From the human T2T-CHM13v2.0 reference genome, Homo sapiens, in the NCBI RefSeq assembly GCF_009914755.1, contig NC_060936.1: a DNA stretch of 64,000 nt; one strand, given 5' to 3'. Under the pieces are notes generated by a model, which worked only from the letters and a program-made list of their open reading frames with translations, had not been told where the DNA came from and did not search any database. Positions 1 through 15,260 of this stretch are shown one piece after another. The first letter of the stretch is position 1, and each line of letters begins with the position of its first letter. The position numbers and the translations under genes are program-made.

Positions 1-2
1 TA

Positions 3-310
<308 letters not shown>

Positions 311-492
311 TATCATCTAGGTATTAAGCCCAGCATCCATTAACTATTCTTCCTGATGCTCTCCCTCCTCCCCGCCCCCCCAATCTACTTTTAAAGTTAA
401 AGCCACAAATTTAAACTATGCAAAAAAAAAAAAAAGACACTAATGAAATTTTGATGCACTCAACTCAAGAGGATCCTTTAACAGTAATGGAG

Positions 493-636
493 GCAGGGAG
501 CAGCGGCTCATGCCAATAATCCCAACATTTGGGGAGGCTGCGGTGGGAGGACTGCTTGAGCCCACTGCACTCCAGCCTTAGTGACACAGGGAGACTGTCT
601 CAAAAACAAAACAAAACAAAACAGACAAAAAAGAAA
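493..636 (+). mobile_element. Old, internally deleted Alu or Alu monomer
   Basis: Alu 5' and 3' motifs, A-rich tail, TSD aacagtaatggag on both sides. Confidence 0.8.
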
Positions 637-1093
637 AACAGTAATGGAGTTTTACTATACTGAAAAATAGTACAAAATGTAGAAAGCTGTCAGCCAAGGC
701 TCTGCGCTATTTCAAAGTAGTAGAAATACAGTTTTAATTAGATTCTACACCACAATTCATCTAGAATGAGAAATAAACACTGAGAAATATACATAGTAAA
801 CCAGAGTATGGAAATGCCAATGAAATAACATTTTGCCTTGGACACAACTGACTCTCCTGTCATCTAGAAAGAAGTCAATGAAAAAATACAAGGCAGTTTT
901 CTTTTTTTTTTTCAAACTAGAATCAAAATATATTCTAAAAAGCACTTTATTAACTTAAAAAAAGGAGGACAACTCTACTCCAACAAAGATAACCAAAACA
1001 TGCTAATATAAATGCAAGAAAAACAGGAGTTCCTAAAGGAGGATTATTACAGCTAATATGTGAGGATAAAATCTATTCTATACCACAGATAAT

Positions 1094-1391
<298 letters not shown>

Positions 1392-1707
1392 AGATAATCT
1401 TAAAGTTCAGTAATAAAACAAGGGAGTAAAGGAACACGAATTTTAAACTATTTTTCTATCAACTAAAGCAAAGACAGAAAACGCTGATGTACATGACTTC
1501 ATACTAAACAAAAATTGGGCAAGCATACATATTTCATTCATGCAAATGAGTCTGAATTTACAATTCGTTTATGTTAATATTTACTAAGATTAATGAAATA
1601 TCATCTCCCCTATGTAATGAAGTGAATTCCCCCAACAGAACAAAGCTAACACCTTTAAATCTTTCAAATAAACAATGAAAGTATATATACTATAAAAGAA
1701 AATTATC

Positions 1708-2047
<340 letters not shown>

Positions 2048-2269
2048 TTAAATGACTCAAGAGGGGGGAAAATGTCCTAAATTCCAAGAACACATACAAA
2101 TACTGATTCGCTAATTCTGAAACTCTAAGCAAGTCTTATGAAACAAATACGTGTGTGTGTGTGTGTGAGTGTGTGCGCTAGAATACTATACAGACTTTTA
2201 GGCTACCCAACTACCTCACTTTGAAATACATTAAATATAATTTCTTAAAATAGAAATGTTATTATGACA

Positions 2270-2759
<490 letters not shown>

Positions 2760-3226
2760 TCAACCATACTACTAATTCTCATAAAATCTGTCTAATCTGG
2801 CTAACTGGTTAGCTCCTGTGAAATAAATGTATCATTCACTTTCAAAAAAAACACACACACACACAAATCAGTACTCCTACTACTAGCTTAAAGAAGGGGA
2901 ACATTGTTATTATTGTTATTTTCTTCAATCAAAAATAAGTTGAATGTTTCAAAAAAAATCTACTCTATCTTTGATTCAAAGTTGAGAGACAGCTGAATTA
3001 ACTGTTCATAAAAAATAAACAATTTTTCTGTTGTCTGTTTCTCTATAAATATGTAAATAGTAATATTTACATATTTTCATTGAGATGAGTTTCATCTCAA
3101 TTTTAAATTATTAGGCAAAAATAATTATAGAACAAAATTAACTTAGTTATCACAATTTATAGCACTAGTACAAACTGGTGAGAGAGATCTCTGAAAGTGG
3201 TAAGGAATACAATTAAAAACCAGGCT

Positions 3227-3526
3227 GGCCGGGCGCAGTGGCTCATGCCTGTAATCCCAGCACTTTGGGAGGCCGAGGCAGGCGGATCACAAGGTCAGGA
3301 GTTCCAGAGCAGCCTGACCAACATGGCGAAACCCCATTTCTATTAAAAACACAAATAAATTAGACAGGCATGGTGGCAGGCGCCTGTAATCCCAGCTCCT
3401 GGGAGGCTGAGGCAAGAGAATCCCTTGAACCCGGGAGCTGAATGTTGCAGTGAGCCAAGACTTCACCAGCCTGGGTGACACAGTGGGACTCTGGTCTCAA
3501 AAAAAAACCAAAACAAAAAAAAAAAA
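3227..3526 (+). mobile_element. Alu (S-type)
   Basis: ggccgggcgcagtggctca start, dimer, A tail. Confidence 0.92.
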
Positions 3527-3902
3527 TGATAAGCTATATAAGCACCTGGCATAAATTCAATAAATACATACTATCCTAAACACACCCCCTTGCCCATTCT
3601 TCTCACAAAGAATAGGCCCTACCTAACTTCTTCCCAGTGAGTACTTCAAGCAACATCCACAGCAAAATATTTGTAGCATACAGGCCTAAGGTACATTATT
3701 GTCTCTTTAAAATTATGAACTCATCACACATACAAATGGCTCTTTAAAACAGTCCAGTAAACTGCTACACTATGCCTTAAATTGCTGTCTATTATGTACT
3801 TAAAAATATTTACTAGCAATTGGAGGTTAATATGGCAACTATTACCGGGTGGCAATTATTGCTATTAAAAATATATAAATACTGTAACACCATGTGCTAC
3901 TA

Positions 3903-4302
<400 letters not shown>

Positions 4303-7250
4303 TTAAACATAAATTATAAAATCACAATGAACTGGTACAAAAAAATACCTTGTGTATTTTGGCACTTTGAAAATTAGAGAAATCATTCCCTTTTCCTAAT
4401 TTCCATTTTATAGTCCACCCTATTTTGTTCTAGCGCAAAAAAAAAAAAAATTCAGACTTTCTACATTTACAACTACCTTCCCATTCTGCAAAAAAATCCC
4501 TTAAGACAAAAAGAAGTAGGTCAACAATAGATTACCTTAAAAGCTTCAAATATAGAACTAATGGTCTTCAATAGGAATTATGTACTAATGGGTGTACTAG
4601 TGTCTCAATTCAGCAAGAATTTGAGATTATCACCCAATTATCCATAGTCAGGAAGATTCTAAGCAAATAAAACATGAAAGTGGAGCATACATATCTAAGA
4701 ACTAGAGATCACTCCCTCATATCAAAGAGCACATATTTAAATCTAGTTAAAGGGCACAAAATCACTTTCTCCATATTAACTCAATAGAGAAAAATAAATG
4801 TCTACTTAACATCCAGAAATTATGTCTTCTCACAAGAATGAGTTCACATACCATAGGGTGCACTGTTACACTTTTCAAAAAGGCAGATTTAACACACTTT
4901 TAACTGAATGATTAACTGAGTGAATATATAAAAAGTCACCCAGAAATGTGATGGACAGCATAAGAAAATAGTTTTGAGTCAGAAAGGCACAGGCAGGCAT
5001 GCACTTAATGCAGCAGCTACAAATCTCACAGCAGTTAGAATAAGAAACTTATACAATGACCCATATCATATATACACAATGGCATTTTTCACACGTTAGG
5101 AAAAGGGAATGGATGCTGAAAAATTAATTTAAGAAATTTGATTCCGTGCAGTAAAAAATCAGAAAATAAGTAAAAGACTAGCAGAAATCTTAAAGTGTCT
5201 GATTGATTGCACAATCAACTTTTGGTAAGCCATAATGAACACCTCAAGGTAATGGAAACTGGGTGGGTATTACCACGGTACAGAACTTAATCTCTTATTT
5301 CAATCTAACTAATGAGAGTATCTAGGTAAATTCTTTATAAATACTTTTCTCTGCAAAAAAAAACAAAACAAAAAAAAAAAAAACCCTGCAGGCCAAAAGA
5401 AAAAAATGCATGCTATTATTAAACCATAAAGCGTTCTTATAAAAAAACATGATTTTGAACAAGTGATTACATCTCCTTCAGAAATAACTATGATATACAA
5501 TGTACTTTGGGCAACATATTTTTAATATTCCAGGTTGCTACTGCTGTATAGCATTTTCAAAAAAAAAAAAATCTCAATTTGGAATCAGAAAAATGTACAA
5601 GTCAGCAGTTTAATTAATTTACATTTCTTCAATAGCACCTTATCCACACTCCACGTACAAGAGAATGAAGACATTCTACGTTCCTTTAAAAAAAAAAATC
5701 AACTAAGCATTTCTATGGTTCTCTAGTTCAAAGTTGCTACTTAAAAAATAATTCTTTTTAAAAAAGCATATTCAAAAATCAATCCCTTGGTTTAAAGAGG
5801 TTTAGGGGAGAAATATCTCAAACACAAACCTTTAGTCATTCAAAATCAAAGTACAGAATCCTCTCCTACAAAATTGCTTCTCCAAAAGAATCTCAAGCAT
5901 TTTATCTCTGTAACGTTATCATCCTTACTTAAGCTTTAAAAAAAAAAAAAAAAGATAAAAGAAATGATATACCCTAAAGACTGGCTATACATATACTTTC
6001 ATTTGTCTACAGAATCCGTATATACACAGCCATTACCAGTCAGCATAATATATGATAATTTGGGAGATCGCTCTACTTGGTTATTTTAATTACCTGTAAG
6101 TGTCAATGTGGTCACCAGTAACCACACAAAAACCATTTTAAATACCCCTTGATCAATATGTTTGCTAATCTATGGAAGTCCCTGAACCTGACTGATACTA
6201 AATGATAAGACTGAGGAGGGAAAAAGTTGAGGCAAAAGGGGGTTTTACTCCCACATACCAAAAAATCAAGGGAAAATTATCACAATACTAAGAGAAAGAA
6301 TTCCAACTTATAAATGAATTTTAAGATTAAATATCTGGATTAAAATATTTCATTTAAAAAAATTTACCTGATTTTACTAGAGTGGGAGCAATGATACTAT
6401 GTCTTTGTAGGTAAAAATCACGTGTTGATTTTTTGGTCTGCATTGTAACACATTTAATAAAGTAACACTTTCATTTGAAAAGTTGGCGAGAATTTGCATT
6501 TCTCCATTAGTCTCATAGCAAAAAGGCATCTATGCCACCCATAATTAAATGTAACTAATTACAATTTGAACACTAAATTATTTATCCAGTGTAAACAAGG
6601 ATTAAGAGGGAAATAATGCTTCTATCTACAGCGGGGGTTACAGAAAATAATTTCCAAAATGCATGCTCTCCAAAAGGGACTCACCTCCCCCCCAAAAAAA
6701 ACAGGGTACACAACTTAAAACAAGTTGGGTGTTTTTAAGGCTAAATTAAATAAACCGTTCAGCCAATTTTCCAATTATATTCTACGCTTGAAACGTAATT
6801 GCCTTACATCTGTTTACAAATCTTTGCTCAATATTTAAACAAATTCGTACTCTCCTGGGCACATAGCTATACATACAGTAACTCATGCACAAAGCACATA
6901 TTTAAAGACCACGCACTGCAATTATTAGCCTAAACGCCAGGTTTAACAACGTGAATGTTTTCAGAGGTAGGTAATACGACCCAATAAAAAGCAAAGATGG
7001 CATTTACCACCAAATGTCACTGACACCGCCAGGAAAAGAGTTGCTGGAGCCCTATACATTTTTAATTTCGATGAATCTAGACACCGTCGGCGGGTGCCAG
7101 GCTTCCACGAGAACAATTGACACCCTAACTGCTTCAAGATTAAGGCAGGCGATTCAAATCCGAAGGAAAAGTTGTCAATTATCAGAAAGAGAGAGCGCGA
7201 GAGAGGCGAAGGCAGATAAAAGCGATGTTATCAAACCGACCAGCTTGTTG

Positions 7251-7254
<4 letters not shown>

Positions 7255-7294
<40 letters not shown>
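7255..7294. repeat. (TG)20 microsatellite, read as (CA)20 on the pre-mRNA
   Basis: Perfect dinucleotide run. Confidence 0.97.
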
Positions 7295-7296
<2 letters not shown>

Positions 7297-7371
7297 GATT
7301 CGTTGTTAGGATAGAGAAAAACAGTTTTTAAAAGACACAGGAGGAGAGAAAGAAGAAAAAGCTTTCTCCAC

Positions 7372-7413
7372 CTTCCGTCGGCTCGGTGCAATGGCTTTAC
7401 GGCTCTCCAGCAT
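7372..7413 (-). CDS. MED13L: Candidate alternative first coding exon of MED13L (MLESRKAIAPSRRK)
   Basis: ACTATG with A at -3, 42 nt, ending in phase 0 at AAG|GTGGAG (weak donor). Same phase as canonical exon 1. Confidence 0.45.
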
Positions 7414-7786
7414 AGTAAGCCCCGAGAGGCAGGCGGCTGTCGATGTTTACAATCGCGGGAGCTTCGGGTGCAAGAGTCCTTTCCTGACACAATCGCATTC
7501 AATCAACTATTTTAGGGCGAAATTGCAGGTGTCATTATGGAATTTAAAAAAATTCAAAAGGCAGGCGGGCGGGCAGGCAGCTGATCCAACAACGGGGGAA
7601 GAGGTTGCCGATCGGAGGCGCGGCAGCACAAGGCAAAGCCTTCCACATTTACGGGGGGAAAAAAAGGGGGGAAAGGGGAGGAGAAGGGGAGTGCGATTGC
7701 AACAGAGGGTGGGCGTTCGAAGTGCGACCCAGAATCCGCAGCTCCGAGACTTCCACATGCAAATTCCACGCCGAGCGCCGCGCTCA

Positions 7787-8700
<914 letters not shown>

Positions 8701-8749
8701 CCCAGTCAGCCTCGCTTCTCCTCCCTCCCCGGGCTCGCTTGCTCTGACA

Positions 8750-8855
8750 GCAATGGCGGCCGCCGACCGCGGCTCGGCCCGCCATTGGCTGGCGCTTGGT
8801 CACGTGACGGGCGCCGGCCGCGCGGGGGGAGCGAGGGGCGGGCGGGGGAGGGGTC
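8750..8855 (-). promoter_or_regulatory. TATA-less proximal promoter: YY1-like core, CCAAT box, palindromic E-box, GC boxes
   Basis: caatggcggc at 8751-8760; ATTGG at 8784-8788 (AGCCAAT on minus); GTCACGTGAC at 8799-8808; ggggcgggcggggg at about 8835-8848. Confidence 0.75.
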
Positions 8856-9249
8856 CGGAGTGGCGGCGGCGGCGGCGGCTCGCGGGAGGCGCTGCTGAGC
8901 TGAGCGCGGCCGGGTCCTCGGGCCGGGAAGAGGGAGGGAGGGAGGCAGAGAGGGAGAGAAAGAAGTGCGGGCGGCCGGGCTCCCCGGCGGGCGGCGGACT
9001 GCCGGCCCGTGGCTGCCGTGGGCTGCCCCTCGTGGCCGCCCCGCCCCCTCGCGGTGCACTGATCGTGGCGGGGCGGGACCGTGGGTCCCGGGCGCGCCCG
9101 TGGTGGCCGCGGAGGAGGGCGCGGGACCCCCGGCCTGTGCCCTCGCAGCCCAGGCCGGCTGGCGTGGCGCGGCGGCCGCGATGTGGGCCAGGCAGCGGGT
9201 CCGAGTGCCCTGGGGAATGTGTCCTCAGAGGCTCGCGCCGCCGTCCGCC

Positions 9250-9340
9250 TTTTGCAGAGGAGAAAACTAAAGCACAAAGGGATTAAATCACTTGCCCGAG
9301 GTCGCACACTTGGGAAGAGGAGTCCAGATTCGAACCCGCG
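9250..9340 (-). mobile_element. MIR core fragment at the island edge
   Basis: ttttgcagaggagaaaact...cacttgcccgaggtcgcac...ttcgaaccc resembles the reverse MIR core. Confidence 0.6.
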
Positions 9341-9818
9341 CACAGTGAAGCCAAGCTCTTGGACAAGGTTTCACAGGCTTCGCCCAGGGATATTCACGGC
9401 TGCCATAGACGGAGCGCTTACTGTGTTCCAGACACTGTGCGTTTAATACAGAAATGTTTATTGAGCCCTTACTCCTAGTTACTGTGTGCACTCATTCATT
9501 CATTCATTCATTCATTACATAAATGTTTCCTGAGCTCCTGCTGTGTGCCAGAATCTGTTATAACTTCCAGGCACTGTGCTAAGGCCGTGTTGGGAGCAGA
9601 CCCTTCTTCCTGGCGTCATTCATTGGATAACCAACATTTCCTGAGTGTATATGGCCTGGGAGTCCGGAGGAGTGCTGCTATGAAGAGAAGCTCTCCCAGT
9701 CCTCAAGAAATGGATCCCCGAAAAGGGGGAGGAGAAAACAATGTCTTCACTAATACGCCTCCAAACATGGAACAATCAGCTGTTTCAGGTAGATTAAGCT
9801 AAAAGAGGAAGAGTGGAT

Positions 9819-10112
9819 GGCTGGCACAGTGGCTCACGCCGGTAATCCTAGCCGAGGTTTAAGACCAGCCTGAGCAATGTAGCAAGAACCCCCGTCATGA
9901 CAAAAAAAATAAAATACAAAAATACAAAAATTAGCCAGGCGTAGTGTGGCATGTGCCTGTAGCCCTAGCTACTCGAAAGGCTGAGGTGGGAGGATAACTT
10001 GAGCCCTGGAGGCAGAGGCTGCAGTGAGCCCAGTGAGCCGAGGTCGCATCACCGTACTCCAGCCTGAGTGACAGAGAGAGGCCCTGTCTCAAAAAAAAAA
10101 AAAAAAAAAAAA
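9819..10112 (+). mobile_element. Alu (J-like, left-arm deletion)
   Basis: Alu motifs, poly-A, TSD ggaagagt. Confidence 0.88.
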
Positions 10113-10609
10113 GGAAGAGTAGAAAGCAGGGAAGAGATGAGAGTGTATAATAAGAGAAGTCTTAAGACACGTGAACTGAGTTTTGGAACTACCACAAATA
10201 CTGCTAAAGCAAAACTCCTGAGCAACATGTTATAATGTGTATTATCATGCAACATATTGTTACAATGAATGTCGTTACCTACATTATTTCACATAATCCG
10301 CAGAACAACCACCTAAAGTAGATACTGTTATTATTCTTAGGCTGTAATTAGGTAAAACTCAGAGGTGTGCAGTGACATCTCCAATCTCTCAGTTAGTACA
10401 TGGCTCAAACTCAGGTCCTTCTGACTCCAGAGCCCGAGCATGAATTCAGGAGGCTCCTTAGAAAGATGCCTCTGGCTGGCTTTGCCATCCCTCTAATTGC
10501 ATTATTTTGACCAACATAGTTTAACTCTTTGAGCCTCATTTCCTAATCTCAAAAATTGATCCTGATTGCTGACCCAATGACCTCAGGCCAATATTGAGAA
10601 TTTCTATTA

Positions 10610-10937
<328 letters not shown>

Positions 10938-10949
10938 AGATACTGTTGA

Positions 10950-10981
<32 letters not shown>

Positions 10982-11138
10982 CCACTCTGTCAACATACAC
11001 GGTGTTACTTAGGCCTGAGCAATTCGAGGGTATAATGCCCATCATATCCAGATTCCATATATTTACATCAGAGGTGAAGGTAGTTCTATCCTACTCACCT
11101 GGTGACCAAATTGTCATTCTTCAGCATGTTTAGGTTTA

Positions 11139-11425
<287 letters not shown>

Positions 11426-11521
11426 AAATACTAATGATAAATCTTTCAGAGCAAAACCTAATAGAAACATGAATAAAGGACTTGGACAGTTTACAGAATA
11501 GAGAAGACCAGCTTTTAAATG

Positions 11522-11853
11522 CAGTCATGTACTACATTTTGGACAACAGTGGACCACATATATGACAGTGGTCCCATAAGATTATAATACCATATTTGTA
11601 CTGTACTTTTTCTAAGCTTAGATGTGTTTAGATACACAAACACCATTATATTACAACTGCCTACAGTATTCAGTACAGTAACATGCCATACAGGTTTGTA
11701 GCCTAGGAGCAATAGGCTATACCATTTAGCCTAGCTGTGCAGTAGACTATCTCATCTAGGTTTGTGCAAGTGCACTTTATGATGTTTGCACAATGAGGAA
11801 ATCACCAGTGTTACATTTCTCAGAACACATCCCCATCATTGACACTTGATTGT
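11522..11853. mobile_element. Tigger3a/MER7-type DNA transposon relic
   Basis: cagtcatg...ggtcccataagattataatacc...ttgtagcctaggagcaataggctatacca matches the remembered Tigger3 consensus. Confidence 0.8.
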
Positions 11854-11881
11854 ATATAAAATGTTACTCAACCTCACTCGT

Positions 11882-12224
11882 TGTTATTGGCTGAATGTTT
11901 GTGTCCTCCCCAAACTTCATATGTTGAAACTCTACTCACCACTGTAAAGATATTTGAAGGTGGAGCCCTTGGGAGGTAATTAGCATAAGAGTGGAGCCGT
12001 CGTGATGGAATTAGTGCCGTTGTAGGAAGAGACACAAGGGAGTTTGCTTCTCTCTCTCTACTGTGTGAAGACATAACCAAGAAGAGGGTCCTTACCAGGA
12101 ACTGAAATGGCCAGCACCTGATCGTGGACTTCCCAGCCTCCAGAACTGTGTGAAGTAAATGTCTGTTGTTTAAAGCCACCCAGTCTATGGTAATTTGTTA
12201 TAGCAGCTGGAGCCAACTAACACA
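11882..12224 (+). mobile_element. MaLR solo LTR (MLT1A/B-like)
   Basis: TG...CA ends, ggacttcccagcctccagaactgtg, gtctatggtaatttgttatagcagc; 5-bp TSD ctcgt/ctcat. Confidence 0.85.
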
Positions 12225-12760
12225 CTCATCATAAGAAAAAGCAGAAATTAAAGCCACAAGAAGTATTGACAGTATTTTAAAAGCTTAGACAAATGTAGAG
12301 AGAAGTAGGACTCTCATACACTGCTGGTGGGAATATAAATTAACACCATAGCTTTGGATGTCCGTTCAACTAGCATCAAAATCTATAATGCACACAGCCT
12401 TTGACCCAGCTGTTCGACTTCTAGAAGTTTATCCAACAGAGATACTTGTACGATTGTATAAAGCCATGCAGTGCAGGGATATGAACTATAGCATTGTTTG
12501 TAGGGTACAAACTAGAAACATGTCCATCATTTGGGGAATAGTTAACAATATAATTTACTCCCATGCAGCCATTAAAAATAATGAGTTAGTGCTATTTGCA
12601 CTAATATGGAATAATCTCAAAAATAGATTATTTATTGAGATACCTCAGGAAGGGTAACAAGAAACTAGTAGTAACATTAGTTGCCTCTAAGGAGGGGAAC
12701 TAGGGGGACTGGGAGTTGGAGTGGGATTACTTTTTACCATACTGTTTGCATTTTCTTTTT
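12225..12760 (+). mobile_element. Old L1M(E) 3' fragment
   Basis: actctcatacactgctggtgggaatataaatt, tttgacccagc...cttctagaagtttatcc motifs. Confidence 0.65.
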
Positions 12761-12786
12761 TCCTTTGTTTAAAATAACCAAATGTT

Positions 12787-13098
12787 GGCCGGGTGCTGTG
12801 GCTCATGCCTGCAATCCTAGAATCCTAGAACTGGGAGGACAAGGTGAGTGGATAATTTGAGGTCAGGAGTTCAAGACCAGCCTGGCCAACATGGTGAAAC
12901 CCCATCTCTACTAAAAATACAGAAATTAGGCGGGCATGGTGATGCGTGCCTATAATCCCAGCTGTTTGGAAAGCCGAGGCAGGAGATTGCTTGAACCTGG
13001 GAGGTGGAGGTTGCAGTGAGCCAAGCTCCTGCCACTGCACTCTAAACTCTAACCTGGGCGATGGAGTGAGCCTCTGTCTCAAAAATAAATAAATAAAA
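12787..13098 (+). mobile_element. Alu (S-type)
   Basis: Dimer, TSD aaaataaccaaatgt. Confidence 0.92.
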
Positions 13099-14959
13099 TA
13101 AAATAACCAAATGTATACATATCCATTCAGTGCAGTAAGTTATAAACAACAAAAATCAATAAATAAAATTGAAAACAGAGTAATCAATCAAATGGCATCA
13201 TAAAAGTAAACTTAAAGCAAATAGAGAAAACAAAAAAGAAGAAAGAAAAATACCCTCATCCACAAAGATTTTCTTGGCTGTCAGAGACCCCAAAGAGAAG
13301 GAGAAAACACTAGAAGTGCTGCTTGTAGCTGTGCTGACACCATGAATACAGAATGGGAACCCAATGGCAGCCAGTTGCAGTCTCAAATGCACTACGGAGC
13401 AGCCTATGATCCTGGACAAGCCAGTCAAACTTTCAGGGCCTCAGTTTCCTCGTGTGTGAAAACAGCAACTCGGGTGATCTTTCAGATCATTTCTAGCAGT
13501 GAAATTCTTTGACACTGCACGGTTGAAATTACTGATAAAGATCCACAGAATTCTTACTCAATAGAGAAAGCAATGGGAGTTGATGAGAAACCTCAGGAGA
13601 TAAGATTAAAAGAAAACAAAACAAAACCATCAACTGACTAACAGGAAGCAGCAAGGAACAAGGCTCACAGACGTCGCAGTCCAGTTCCCTCTGTCGCAGT
13701 CCAGTTCCCTCTGTGGAAGGCACCTGATAACCATCCTCATGACTTGGTTTCCCCATTTGTGAGATTGCCTGCTGCCCAGCGGGCAACTGAAGTCCCAGGT
13801 CTTAGAACGACAGGTTAGTTCCCTTTCATGGTTACTAAATGTAATGGCAGAGAGAAAATGGAAGCAAAAATATGACCAGAGGAGGAACCATCTATTAGAA
13901 AGACCGCAGGAAGCTGCCAGAGCTGCAGTGTGGGAGCATTTTGCAGGAGTTAAGAATGTCGCTTCAGAATAAGAGACACCTGGGTTCCAATCTCTGCTCT
14001 GTCGTGCTCTAGTTGTGCAGCCTCGAGCAGGTCATTTAACCCCTGTGACCCTCATTTCTTCCTGTGCATTGACCTCCCAGAGTGATAGCTCAGGGAAAGT
14101 TCTTAGCACAGTGCCTGACTCCAAAGGTGGTGATCAATACATTATAACCCTCACAGCCACTTGTGCATTCTTATACAGGAAGGAGCATCACCCAGTCATA
14201 TCACATGAAGGGTTTTTCCCTGTATAACCTAAACTTTATTGGATTTATTTCATTGCAAATGACAAAAGTACAGAATGCCAGCTATAAAAATATACCAAGA
14301 AAAGGGGAATACTCTTCCCTCTACCCCACTGAGATAACCAAAGTTCACACGTGGTTGTAGATAATCACTCTCTTTCCTCCAGACTCATACCAACCAACAC
14401 AACTTAAAGACACATTTCTAAGGGAATTTTTTTTTTTTTTTACTTTTTATGAAAATGGGATCGTGTCACATATATTACTTTGCAATCTGCTTTTTCCACT
14501 TAATAGTTTGTCACAAATACACCTCTAGACCTATATATCTGCATCTAACTCATTCTTTTATTAGTTGTGTAATGTTTCATAGAACATCTGTGCCATAATT
14601 TATCAATTATTCCCCTATTCCTGAACATTCAGGGATTTTCCAGTGTTTTCCTACTTTAAATAAGGGTGCAATAAATAGCCTTATCCATATATCCTTATGT
14701 ACCGACAGTTTTATTCCTGTAGAATAAAATCCCCAAAATAGGATTGCTTTTTTATTGTTAATAAATGTGTGTTTTTATTGTTAATAAATACAGCCAGAAG
14801 ACTTTCCCCCAAAGGTTGCAGCAATTCACATTTCACAGTCCCTGGAGCTATACAGGAAGAGTGTACACTTCCTTACAATTTTGCCAGCATTTGGATGTTG
14901 CCAAATCTTTTAAAATTGTTGCCAACCTGATAGGTGAAAAAATGGTATCGTTTGTTTGC

Positions 14960-15260
14960 TTTTTTTTTTTTTTTTTTTGAGACAGAATCTCGCTCTGTCA
15001 CCCAGGCTGGAGTGCACTGATGTGATCTTGGGTCACTGCAACCTCCGCCTCCTGGCTTCAAGAGATTCTCCTACCTAAGCCTCCCGAGTAGCTGGGGTTA
15101 CAGGTGTGCACCACTACGCACGGCTAATTTTTGTAGTTCTAGTAGAGAGGGGTTTTTGCCATATTGGCCAGGCTGGTTTCAAACTCCTGACCTCAAGTGA
15201 TCCGCCCACCTCGGCCTCCCAAAGTTCTGGGATTACTGATGTGAGCCACCGTGCCCAGCC
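14960..15260 (-). mobile_element. Alu (S-type) within an old antisense L1 fragment (about 14430-15330)
   Basis: Reverse dimer with poly-T; flanks show L1M 3' motifs. Confidence 0.9.
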
